From Candidatus Eiseniibacteriota bacterium (GTDB lineage: Bacteria; Eisenbacteria; RBG-16-71-46): a DNA stretch of 24,249 bases. The notes beneath the pieces were generated by a model. That model was not told the DNA's origin. It made no database searches and worked only from the letters and a program-made list of their open reading frames with translations. This document shows, piece after piece, positions 1 to 8,398 of the stretch. The stretch spans positions 1-24,249 of the forward strand of contig JANMQY010000054.1 of the NCBI GenBank assembly GCA_031370785.1. The letters run 5' to 3'. Made by a program: the position numbers and the translations under genes. How positions within the stretch are numbered: the stretch's first letter is position 1; each line of letters starts with the position of its first letter.

Positions 1-47
1 AGGGCAAGCGTGACGAGCAACCAACGGCGTGGGGCGGCGCGGGTCAT
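1..47 (-). CDS. 5' end of a gene running off the window; N-terminal signal-peptide-like sequence MTRAAPRRWLLVTLA...
   Basis: ATG at 47 (minus), with GGAG 8 nt upstream. Basic residues are followed by a hydrophobic stretch. The product cannot be identified from 15 codons. Confidence 0.65.
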   Translation of the reverse strand, partial: MTRAAPRRWLLVTLA

Positions 48-86
48 GAGGTCTGCTCCGGGCAGGAAGGGACTCAGGACCGCGCC

Positions 87-115
87 ACGATAGAGTGGGC
101 TTCCGCGAGGCGCAA
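87..115 (-). promoter_or_regulatory. sigma70-type promoter for the partial gene at 1-47
   Basis: Minus strand TTGCGC (115-110), 17-nt spacer, TATCGT (92-87). Confidence 0.5.
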
Positions 116-138
116 TGACGGTGGTTGGCCCCCTGCCG

Positions 139-1542
139 CTATCGCACGACGACGACCCGCCGCGTCACCGTCGCCGCGCTGATCCTCGCGCGCACGAGAT
201 AGACGCCGGCATCGACGCGGCGTCCGGTCGCGTCGGCGAGATCCCACGCCACGCTCGAGACTCCGGCGTTGCGCACTTCGTCCGCCAGTGTGCTTACGCG
301 GCGCCCCGCGAGATCGAAGGCCTCGACATGCACCGTCGCCCGTTCCGCGAGCGACAGTGTGAATCGCACGTCGTGCTGCGCCGGGTTCGGCCGCGGGTTC
401 GAGAGCGCAAGCGCGCCCGCTCGAGGCGCGACGCCCGCCACCTCGCCTCGCGCCTCATCGAACGCAATCTGGTTCGGCGGCAGTCCGGTGCTGATCGGGC
501 CCGCGATCAGCGTGTCGATGCCGGCGCGGTACACGTAGAGCCCGGGCGCGCTGAACCCGTTGTTCGCGAGGTACAGCTCGCCGCGGTCGTTGAGTGCGCA
601 GTCGCTGAGGCTGAAGCCGCCGGGCGACGCGATCGTGGTGAGCTTGAGATGCGTGGTGGGATTCCACGAGACGAGCTGCGTGTTGAACGATGCGTCGCTC
701 ACGATCGCGTAGGCGTGAGTCGCGCTCAGCACTTCAAAGTCGCCGAGGTCGCCGCCCAGGGCCCCTTCGCCGATGACGCTGCCCTGAGCCGTGAGTGTGT
801 TGACGTCGATCGCTTCGATACCGCCGTCGGTGGCACCGAACGCGCCCACGCATCCGATCATCAGTCGCCCGGTGTTGCGGTCGTAGCTGAACGTGGTGAC
901 CGGATCCTTGTAGGTGAGCGTGATGCCCTGCACTCCGGGCAGAGCGGGATTCACATCGAGCACGGTGTCCACATCGGTGTCGATCACCACGACCAAGCTG
1001 TATGCGGTCGGTGAGTAGCCTGCATTCCGGTTCAGGCGCTGCACCGCGACGAACAGACGGTGTCCAACGATCGCAAGGTGCGCCATCTCGGGCAGGCCGT
1101 CGGCATCGGCGAACGCTGCGAGCGAGATGGTGCCGAGCTGAGCTCCAGTCGAAGGGTTGCACACCAGCAGGCTCGGGCTGTCGTAGCGCGAGACGTAGGC
1201 CCTGGTCGGGCTGGCCATCGCGATGTCCTGCGGATTGGTGCCGTTGCCGACCGAGAATTGATAGGCGGTGTGGAAGCCGCTCGCGGGATCGAGCACCTGG
1301 ATGTTGTCCGCGCCGGCGCGGTTGATCACGTAGACCATTCCCTCGTACCAGCGCAGCGTCGCATCCGAGTGAACCGTGGTGACGTCGTTGTGCGTGGCTC
1401 GCGTGTCGAGATCGAGCCAGCTGAAGGCGCCCGAGACGAAGTCGCTGGTGACCACGAGCGCGCGTGACTGCGCCGCGGTGGACGGGCTCGCACCGGCGAG
1501 CAGTGCGAGCAGGGTGAGGACAGATGCGGATGCGCGAAGCAT
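139..1542 (-). CDS. Secreted YncE/BtuG-like beta-propeller protein with C-terminal FlgD-Ig/T9SS-CTD-like domain; probable cobalamin-capture protein
   Basis: Signal peptide without Cys (LLALLAGASPSTAA|Q). Propeller-blade repeats (VYVINR, NPQDIA...AYVS, LFVAVQRL). Tail PRPNP...DLAGRRV...WDL...GVYLVR. SD GAGGAG. Lies directly downstream of the TBDR in the riboswitch operon. Confidence 0.8.
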   Translation of the reverse strand: MLRASASVLTLLALLAGASPSTAAQSRALVVTSDFVSGAFSWLDLDTRATHNDVTTVHSDATLRWYEGMVYVINRAGADNIQVLDPASGFHTAYQFSVGNGTNPQDIAMASPTRAYVSRYDSPSLLVCNPSTGAQLGTISLAAFADADGLPEMAHLAIVGHRLFVAVQRLNRNAGYSPTAYSLVVVIDTDVDTVLDVNPALPGVQGITLTYKDPVTTFSYDRNTGRLMIGCVGAFGATDGGIEAIDVNTLTAQGSVIGEGALGGDLGDFEVLSATHAYAIVSDASFNTQLVSWNPTTHLKLTTIASPGGFSLSDCALNDRGELYLANNGFSAPGLYVYRAGIDTLIAGPISTGLPPNQIAFDEARGEVAGVAPRAGALALSNPRPNPAQHDVRFTLSLAERATVHVEAFDLAGRRVSTLADEVRNAGVSSVAWDLADATGRRVDAGVYLVRARISAATVTRRVVVVR

Positions 1543-1554
1543 GATCGTTCTCCT

Positions 1555-3624
1555 CTAGTTTCGGATTGAGCCCGTCGGACCGAGACGCAGTTCGCAGGCG
1601 ACCCACACGCTCCGCCCGGGCAGCGGGAAACCGCCCACGTCGGACACGTGGTTGTCGCCGAGATTCTTCCCCTCGATCACGAGCCGTGCGCCCGCCATCA
1701 GCCAGGTCGATACCGACGCGCCGACCAGCGTGCGACTCGTGACCCGATACAGGTTGTAGGGATCGAGATAGTTGTCCGCGATGTACTGGACGTCTCCGCT
1801 CACCCGCCAGGGTCCGCGCGAGAGATCGCAGCGCGAGTACGCCTGCCGGCCCGGGCGCTGCGGAAGGCGCTTGCCGCGCCAGTAGCTGATCGATCCATCG
1901 TCGAGCGCCGACTGCCACGTGAACGAGCCGGAGAGCGCGACGCCCGGCGCGGCGGAGGCGCGCACGCTCAGCTCTTCTCCATGAATGAGTGCGCTTGTGA
2001 CGTTCATGGCCCGCGCGGTGTTCTGCGAGCTGCGCACGTACAAGATCAGATCGCGCGGGCGCGAGACGAAGTGCATCCACTCGAGCGAAACGTCACGGCC
2101 GTGAGCCCGGGTCCTGCTCCACGCCGCGCCGGCGTCCCAGTTCTCCGCGTGCTCGGGTCGCAGGCCCGGATTGCCGAGCACGCTTCCCTGATTTCCGAAC
2201 AGCTCCATGAAGTCGGGCACGCGCTCCGCAGTCGCCCAGTTGGCGCGCAGCTCGATCCCGAGCGGCGCGACCACGCGCGCGCCGAGCTGCGGCGAGCTCA
2301 GCTCGCGCACGGCGTCAGTCGTGGTCAGCACGTTCGCGACCCCGACCGAGCGCAGATGATCCGCGATCCGGTCCCAGCGCTTCGCCGCATGGAACGTCAC
2401 GCGCTCGCCGAACGACCGCCACTGGAGCGCGGCCATGACGCCTTGCGTGCGGCGGCGGCTCTCCGGCGGATCGGTATAGCCGTCGGCGGGATCGCGCAGC
2501 AGCGCACGCTCGCCACGCTCGGACGCGCTCGTCTCGAGCGAGACTCCGGGCACGAGCGACGGCCATTCGAGATCGAGCCCGCCACTCTCGCTGTCCAGGC
2601 GGTCGTCGGTGTCGTGGCGCGTCGGCCCCAGCTCATAGGGTTTCGGCGCGTTCACCATGTCGCGAAAGCGCGTGCGCTCGCGCTCGAGCGCGCCGCGCGC
2701 GGTGAGATTGGGCACAAGGCCCGAGCCGGTGCGCGTCGCCTCGAGCTGACTCAGCGAACGCAGCAGCGTGAGGCGCGCATGCAAGGCAGGCGTCGCGCCC
2801 ATGCCGGGGATGCCCTGCGCCTTGTGGAACGCATCTTCGCGCGCGGTCACCCGCCATTCTGGCGCGGGCGACCAGTGCAGCGTTCCGAGCGCGGTGGTCG
2901 CATCGAAGCGGTTGTTCCAGCGCTCGTGCACCTCGTCGTCGGCCGGGTTGAGCGGCGTGCCGTTGTCGTCCAGGTAGTCGAAGTTGCCGTGCGACGACTG
3001 GACCCCGAGGTGAAGGAGCCCCGAGAAATCGCCGCGCACCGCGCCGCCGGTCGCGCGCCCCTCCCAGGTGTCGAAAGCGCCGCGCGCCAGGCGCAGCTCG
3101 CGCACCGCGGGCGAGGATGCGGTGACGAGGTTGATGGCACCGCCCGGCGTCGCGACGCCGAGACCGAGCGGCGCGAGCCCGCGATACACCTCGACGCGCT
3201 CGATCGCTGTGACCGGCAGGTCCGCGAGGTTGACCGCCCCGTGCGCCGCCGAGCTGAGCGGCACGCCATCGAGGAACACGGTGACCTGGCCCGCCGGCGC
3301 GCCGCGCAGCGAGAGGGTGCTGAACGCGCCGAGGCCGCCGTACTGCTGGACGTGAACGCCCGCCGCTTCGGCGAGCACTTCGGAAAGCGACTCCAGCGCG
3401 CGATTCGATGAGCCGGTGTGGAGATCGGTCACCGAAGCCGTAGGCAGGCGGCGGCGCGCGTCCAAGAGCGCGCGCTCGCGCTCGACGCGCACCTCGGGCA
3501 GCGTCACGACCGGACGCGGAGCGGGCGCGACGATCGCGGGCGTGACCGAATCGGGTGCGGCCGCGCCCACCGACAGACTGTCGGGAGCCACAGCCAGCAG
3601 CGGCAGAAGCAGCAGGGCGATCAC
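1555..3624 (-). CDS. btuB: TonB-dependent outer membrane receptor, BtuB-like (cobalamin)
   Basis: TonB box (TLPEVRV), plug motifs (QYGGLGAFSTLSLRG, VFLDGVP, IERVEVYRG, GGAINLVT) and C-terminal NLGD...PGRS motif. The substrate is inferred from the upstream cobalamin riboswitch. Confidence 0.85.
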   Translation of the reverse strand: MIALLLLPLLAVAPDSLSVGAAAPDSVTPAIVAPAPRPVVTLPEVRVERERALLDARRRLPTASVTDLHTGSSNRALESLSEVLAEAAGVHVQQYGGLGAFSTLSLRGAPAGQVTVFLDGVPLSSAAHGAVNLADLPVTAIERVEVYRGLAPLGLGVATPGGAINLVTASSPAVRELRLARGAFDTWEGRATGGAVRGDFSGLLHLGVQSSHGNFDYLDDNGTPLNPADDEVHERWNNRFDATTALGTLHWSPAPEWRVTAREDAFHKAQGIPGMGATPALHARLTLLRSLSQLEATRTGSGLVPNLTARGALERERTRFRDMVNAPKPYELGPTRHDTDDRLDSESGGLDLEWPSLVPGVSLETSASERGERALLRDPADGYTDPPESRRRTQGVMAALQWRSFGERVTFHAAKRWDRIADHLRSVGVANVLTTTDAVRELSSPQLGARVVAPLGIELRANWATAERVPDFMELFGNQGSVLGNPGLRPEHAENWDAGAAWSRTRAHGRDVSLEWMHFVSRPRDLILYVRSSQNTARAMNVTSALIHGEELSVRASAAPGVALSGSFTWQSALDDGSISYWRGKRLPQRPGRQAYSRCDLSRGPWRVSGDVQYIADNYLDPYNLYRVTSRTLVGASVSTWLMAGARLVIEGKNLGDNHVSDVGGFPLPGRSVWVACELRLGPTGSIRN

Positions 3625-3739
3625 GGCGTCTCGCGCGCCTCAATCGAAAGGCCCTGCCTCGCGTGGGAGCTCGGGAGGAAGGGCCATGCGGACGCCGTCC
3701 ACCCTGCGTGCTCTCTCGCGGAGCATCACGGGCCGATAG

Positions 3740-3896
3740 CTTCCGGGCAGGTTTCCTGACTCAGGGCCGCGTGGATCCCGCCATCCCGATCTTTCGATCA
3801 GTGGCGATTGGATCCTGGGAGCCCATCACAGTGGCGGGACCGTGGGGGAATCTCACCCCCTTCCCTATTACCCCACGCGATGTGGGCACCCGGAAG
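3740..3896 (-). promoter_or_regulatory. Cobalamin (B12) riboswitch aptamer
   Basis: Minus strand reads CTTCCGGGTGCCC...TAATAGGGAAGGGGGTGAGATTCCCCCACGGTCCCGCCACTGTG...GCCACTG...GGGATGG...GAGTCAGGAAACCTGCCCGGAAG. It contains the AGGGAA, CCCGCCACTG and B12-box motifs and is closed by a perfect CTTCCGGG/CCCGGAAG stem. It sits upstream of a TBDR. Confidence 0.95.
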
Positions 3897-3907
3897 ATGT
3901 CGTCGGC

Positions 3908-3936
3908 AATGTGTTCCGAGTTGCCTCGAGCGTCAA
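3908..3936 (-). promoter_or_regulatory. sigma70-type promoter for the riboswitch-btuB operon
   Basis: Minus strand TTGACG (3936-3931), 17 nt, CACATT (3913-3908). This predicts a TSS near 3901, just before the aptamer. Confidence 0.6.
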
Positions 3937-3973
3937 GTCAATTTGTCTACGAACGGTGAGGTCGCTCGCGACC

Positions 3974-4699
3974 TCACTTCTCGTTGATGAGTTGCTGCGC
4001 TCTTCGGAATCCGGCGTACCACATTTCGCGCGTCAGCCTGCCGGTGTTCGTGTTCTGGCGGCTGGGGTGGTAGGAGCTGATCAGAGTCACTCCGTCGGGC
4101 AGCGTGGTTTCGGCGGCGTGCGCGAACTTCGGGCGCTCGCGAGGCGAGAGCTTTTCCCACCAGCCGGCGGCGCGAAGCCAGGATTCGTGCGCAATCGAGC
4201 CGAGCGCCAGCACCACGCGCACGCGGGTCAGCAGTCGGATCTCGGTTTCGAGGTACAGCCTGCAGTTCGCCAGCTCGTCGCGGGTGGGCTTGTTGTCGGG
4301 CGGTGCGCAGCGGCCGCTCGCGGTTATCCAGCAGTCGATGAGGCGCATGCCGTCATCGCGGTCGATCGAGCGCGGCTGGCTCGCGAAGTCGTGACGATTG
4401 AGCACTTCGTAGAGCCAGTCGCCGCTCGAATCGCCGGTGAACACGCGGCCGGTTCGATTTCCACCATGCGCGGCCGGAGCAAGCCCGACCACGAGCAGAC
4501 GAGCATCCGGATCGCCAAAGCCGGGCACCGGAAGCCCCCAGTACGTCTGATCGCGGAACTCCCGCTTCTTCTCGCGCGCCACGCCCGCGCAATACTTCCG
4601 CAATCGCGGGCAGAGCTCGCAGGTGACAATGACCTTCTCGAGCTCCGCGAGAGTCGCAGGCGGCCCGGCCGGCGCCGGGCTCAGCGCGCGCCGAGCCAT
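3974..4699 (-). CDS. udgB: Uracil-DNA glycosylase family 5 (UdgB-type, [4Fe-4S])
   Basis: CELCPRL, GLAPAAHGGNRTGRVFTGDSSG, RCAPPDNKP and HPSRQNT motifs. The start was moved to ATG 4699 because the longer ORF overlaps the upstream gene. Confidence 0.9.
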   Translation of the reverse strand: MARRALSPAPAGPPATLAELEKVIVTCELCPRLRKYCAGVAREKKREFRDQTYWGLPVPGFGDPDARLLVVGLAPAAHGGNRTGRVFTGDSSGDWLYEVLNRHDFASQPRSIDRDDGMRLIDCWITASGRCAPPDNKPTRDELANCRLYLETEIRLLTRVRVVLALGSIAHESWLRAAGWWEKLSPRERPKFAHAAETTLPDGVTLISSYHPSRQNTNTGRLTREMWYAGFRRAQQLINEK

Positions 4700-6285
4700 G
4701 TCAGCCGCGCGACGCTGACGCCACGCACGTCTTCGGCTCGCACGAAGTAGAGACCGGCTCGCGCGATGCCACCCTGATCGCGCTCGCCCTGCCACTCCCG
4801 CGCGCTGATTCCTGGCGCGAGGGAACGCGACCAGACGCGCCGGCCGCCGGCGTCGAGAATCTCGATTCGTCCGCGCGCGCCAACGTTTCCGAGTGCGAGC
4901 GTGATCCTGCGATTCGCGGGGTTGGGCGCCAGGCGAAGCGCGGGGCCCTTGCTCGCGGGGAGTGCGCTCCACTCTCCGATCAGGCGAAGGAGCGTGAACT
5001 CACCGGCTGCGAGATCGAGCGCGAGCGCGAAGCCGCGCGAGCTGGGTGCGCCCGACGCAGGCGCGAACCAGAGGCCGCTCGCCGCATCGAACCGCTCGAC
5101 CGATTGCGTGAACGGAAAGACAAGGTCGATCGTGCGCGCGCTCGCCGAGTCGGGATTCACGACCACCAGGTAACGCGTGCCGGTCGAGTCCGCGAACTCA
5201 CCGAGCATGGCGCGGCCTCTGACGTCGAGCACCCAGGGATCGGGCGTGAACGCGATGGCGCCGAACGGCACACTCCCTGCGTGCTTGGTCGCGAGTCGAG
5301 TGAGATCGGCGAGAATCTCTCCGACCGGCGCGACCTTCTCGTTCAGCGCGGCAACCGTCCCATACCAGTGAGTCCGCTGGCCGTCCCAGCTGATGAGGCC
5401 CTCCTGCCAGTTGAAGATCGGATTCGGCGCTGGCGTCCAGTAGGTGAAGTAGCCCACGCCACGCGCGCCGTAGGCGAGCAGCGTGCTCACCTGCCAGCGC
5501 AACTCGGCATCGGTGAGCGGGCGGTAGTCCTGGTGCGCGACGAGCTGCACGATCGCCCAGAACGGAATGCCGCGCTCGCGCGCCACGACCGCGAGCGTTG
5601 CCGCGTTGTCCACGAATCGCCCGCGATCACCGCTGGTGAGGAAGTCGTATTCGTTGTCGCACAGCACCGCGGCGCCGGTGCTGTCGAGATAGGCGCGCAT
5701 GTGGCTCGACCATTCCTCGCGGGTCGCGAAGGCGTAGGGTGGACTGAGATCGTTCCACGCCGGATGCTCGGGATCGCGCTGGCGCAGCGCCCGGTGCAGC
5801 TTCCCCAGGAGCTCGAACTGGTCCGCGGGAGGCTCATCGCCCAGGTAGTAGCCCGCAAACGCGGGATGATCCCTGTATGTGCTCACGATCGAATCGAGCA
5901 ATGCCGAGCCCACCGGCGAATCCACATCGAGCGTCACGAAGCTCTCGAAGCGATCATCGAAGACGAGCCCGCGAATGCCGTTCGCGGCGTCGAGATCGAG
6001 CCTGAGGAGGTTATCCGCCGCGCGGCCCTGGTCTTCCCACGGAGGCATCGTCAGGTTGAGTCCGGCGCCGGCGAGCTCGCCGATGCGGGCAGCGTTGGTG
6101 GAGTCGGCAGGAGGGCTGACCCAGCCGAACAACGCGAACTTGGGCAGCCCGGACGCCAGCCGCACGCGGGTCGCGGCGGCGCCGCCCAGCGCCCGGATCG
6201 AAGGCGGCCGCCGGTCGTCGGGCGCGGCCAGCGCCACGCCGGTCAGCGCCATCACCGCCAGCAGCTCGAAAGCCCTCAGCGACAT
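4681..6285 (-). CDS. Secreted TIM-barrel glycoside-hydrolase-like protein with C-terminal FlgD-Ig/T9SS-CTD-like domain
   Basis: Signal peptide; motifs FAGYYLGDEP, PFWAIVQ, LAYGARGVGYFTYW, YLVVVN; tail LAPNP...DAGGRRV...W.G...GLYFVR. Alternative start GTG 6312. Confidence 0.7.
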   Translation of the reverse strand: MSLRAFELLAVMALTGVALAAPDDRRPPSIRALGGAAATRVRLASGLPKFALFGWVSPPADSTNAARIGELAGAGLNLTMPPWEDQGRAADNLLRLDLDAANGIRGLVFDDRFESFVTLDVDSPVGSALLDSIVSTYRDHPAFAGYYLGDEPPADQFELLGKLHRALRQRDPEHPAWNDLSPPYAFATREEWSSHMRAYLDSTGAAVLCDNEYDFLTSGDRGRFVDNAATLAVVARERGIPFWAIVQLVAHQDYRPLTDAELRWQVSTLLAYGARGVGYFTYWTPAPNPIFNWQEGLISWDGQRTHWYGTVAALNEKVAPVGEILADLTRLATKHAGSVPFGAIAFTPDPWVLDVRGRAMLGEFADSTGTRYLVVVNPDSASARTIDLVFPFTQSVERFDAASGLWFAPASGAPSSRGFALALDLAAGEFTLLRLIGEWSALPASKGPALRLAPNPANRRITLALGNVGARGRIEILDAGGRRVWSRSLAPGISAREWQGERDQGGIARAGLYFVRAEDVRGVSVARLTWLGAR

Positions 6286-6344
6286 GGCAACACGCCGCCT
6301 CACGCGGCGCACCCGCAGGAATTGTCACGCGGGCCCGGACCGGC

Positions 6345-6373
6345 TTGATTCATTCCTGACAAGTCTCTAGATT
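6345..6373 (+). promoter_or_regulatory. sigma70-type promoter, predicted leaderless transcript for the KimA-like gene
   Basis: TTGATT (6345-6350), 17 nt, TAGATT (6368-6373). The predicted TSS falls on the GTG at 6380 and there is no SD. Confidence 0.65.
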
Positions 6374-6379
6374 CCCCCG

Positions 6380-8359
6380 GTGCTCGAACGATGGCGCGGC
6401 ATTCTGCTGGGCGGCCCCAAGAATCTCCTCGACCCGCGCATCCACCACAACCTGGCCCTGGTCGCGTTCTTCGCGTGGGTTGGCCTCGGTTCCGACGGCC
6501 TTTCCTCGTCGTGCTACGGACCGCAGGCGGCTTTCCTCGAGCTGGGCAGCCATCGCCATCTCGCCTTCTACCTGATCGCGGCCACAGTCCTGACCGTGTT
6601 CCTGATTTCGGCCTCGTACAGCCAGATCATCGAGCTGTTCCCGAGCGGCGGCGGCGGCTACCTGGTCGCCACCAAACTGCTCGGCCCCACCCCCGGCATC
6701 GTCTCCGGCTGCGCGCTGGTCATCGACTACGTGCTCACCATCTCGACCTCGGTCGCGGCCGGATGTGACGCGATCTTCTCCGGAATGCCGCCCGAGTTGC
6801 AGGGCATGAAGCTTACCATCGAGCTGATCGTGATCACCGGATTGAGCGCGCTCAACCTGCGCGGCGTCAAGGAGTCGGTGGTAGTGCTGACCCCGATCTT
6901 CCTTGCCTTCATGCTGACCCACATCGCGCTGATCGCGGTCGGCATCTTCGCCCACACCTCGAGCTTCGCCAACATCGGGGTCGACACCATGCGCGACACG
7001 CACATGGCGATCAGCGATCTCGGCATGTTCGGCGTGCTGTTCGTGTTCCTGCGCGCCTTCTCGATGGGCGGCGGCACCTTCACCGGAATCGAGGCGGTGA
7101 GCAACAGCACCGACATCCTGCGCGAGCCGCGCGTCGTGACCGGCAAGCGCACGATGCTCTACATGGCGTGCTCGCTGGCATTCACCGCCGGCGGCATCAT
7201 GCTGGCCTACGTTCTCAACGACGTGCACGCCCAGACCAACAAGACTCTCAACGCTTCTCTGTGGGAGATCCTGACCAACGGCTGGCACGTCGGCAGCCTG
7301 CGCATCGGACCGGCGTTCGTGTGGATCACCCTGCTCTCGGAAGGCGCGCTGCTGTTCGTCGCCGCGCAGACCGGCTTCGTCGCCGGGCCGCGCACGCTGG
7401 CGGCGATGGCGGTGGACCAGTGGGTGCCCAAGCGCTTCGCCCACCTTTCCGAGCAGTTGGTGACGCAGAACGGCGTGCTCTCGATGGGCCTCGCCGCTGC
7501 GCTCGTGCTGCTGTACACGCGCGGCGCGATCGAAACCCTGCTGGTCATGTACTCGATCAACGTGTTCATGACCTTCACCCTCACCCAGATGGGAATGGTG
7601 CGGCACTGGTGGAACAAGCGCGGCGAGCTTCCGCACTGGCGGCGGCGCTTCATGGTCGCCTCGCTCGGCACGCTCGTGACCGGCGGCATCCTGATCGCGA
7701 CCGCCGCACTGAAGTTCCGGCACGGCGGCTGGATCACGCTGCTTGCGACCGGAGCGATGATCGGATTCTGCTTCGTGGTGCGCTCCCACTACCGGCGCGT
7801 GAAGCGCATGATGTCGTCGCTCGACGAGGTGCTCACCAACCTGCCGTTGCCTGAGCCGAAGGAGATTCCCGAGCTCGCCCCTGACGGGCCGACCGCGATC
7901 GTGCTGGTCGAATCCTACGCCGGGCTCGGCATTCACACCCTGCTCTCGATCCAGCGCATGTTCCCGCGCCACTACAAGAACTTCGTTTTCTGTTCGGTCG
8001 GCCTCGTGGACTCGGGCCAGTTCAAGGGCGTGCAGGATCTGCAGGCGCTCGAAGACAAGACTCGCGCCGATCTGGAGAAGTACGTGAACCTGGCGCAGCG
8101 CATGGGCTACTACGCGGAGTATCGCTTCACGCTCGGCACCGACCTCATCGCCGAGCTCGAGGGCATGTGCATGGACCTGATCAAGGAGTTCCGCCGGCCG
8201 GTGGTGTTCGCCGGCCAGCTCGTGTTCCAGCGTGAAAACCTGTTCACCCGCTCGCTGCACCACGAGACGGCGTTCTCGATCCAGCGCCGGCTGCAGTTCA
8301 CCGGCATCCAGGTGATCATCATGCCGATCCGCGTGTGGGAGAAGCAGAGAGCCGCATAG
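6380..8359 (+). CDS. kimA: APC-superfamily permease, KimA/YdaO-like K+/H+ symporter
   Basis: SDGLSSSCYGP, SYSQIIELFPSGGGGY, DYVLT, RAFSMGGGTFTGIEAVSN and LYSINVF-like motifs match the KimA pattern. About 12 TM segments plus a soluble C-terminal domain. Confidence 0.8.
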   Translation: MLERWRGILLGGPKNLLDPRIHHNLALVAFFAWVGLGSDGLSSSCYGPQAAFLELGSHRHLAFYLIAATVLTVFLISASYSQIIELFPSGGGGYLVATKLLGPTPGIVSGCALVIDYVLTISTSVAAGCDAIFSGMPPELQGMKLTIELIVITGLSALNLRGVKESVVVLTPIFLAFMLTHIALIAVGIFAHTSSFANIGVDTMRDTHMAISDLGMFGVLFVFLRAFSMGGGTFTGIEAVSNSTDILREPRVVTGKRTMLYMACSLAFTAGGIMLAYVLNDVHAQTNKTLNASLWEILTNGWHVGSLRIGPAFVWITLLSEGALLFVAAQTGFVAGPRTLAAMAVDQWVPKRFAHLSEQLVTQNGVLSMGLAAALVLLYTRGAIETLLVMYSINVFMTFTLTQMGMVRHWWNKRGELPHWRRRFMVASLGTLVTGGILIATAALKFRHGGWITLLATGAMIGFCFVVRSHYRRVKRMMSSLDEVLTNLPLPEPKEIPELAPDGPTAIVLVESYAGLGIHTLLSIQRMFPRHYKNFVFCSVGLVDSGQFKGVQDLQALEDKTRADLEKYVNLAQRMGYYAEYRFTLGTDLIAELEGMCMDLIKEFRRPVVFAGQLVFQRENLFTRSLHHETAFSIQRRLQFTGIQVIIMPIRVWEKQRAA

Positions 8360-8398
8360 TAGCGTCGGCATTGCCGCACGACGCCTGGGAGGCTGCGG

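Noticed and set aside
1..47. Calling the partial gene btuF
   Set aside because: Only a signal-like N-terminus is visible, and the gene appears to have its own promoter (87-115).
6286..6379. ydaO/c-di-AMP riboswitch upstream of the KimA-like gene
   Set aside because: The gap is too short, is occupied by the promoter, and shows no aptamer motifs.
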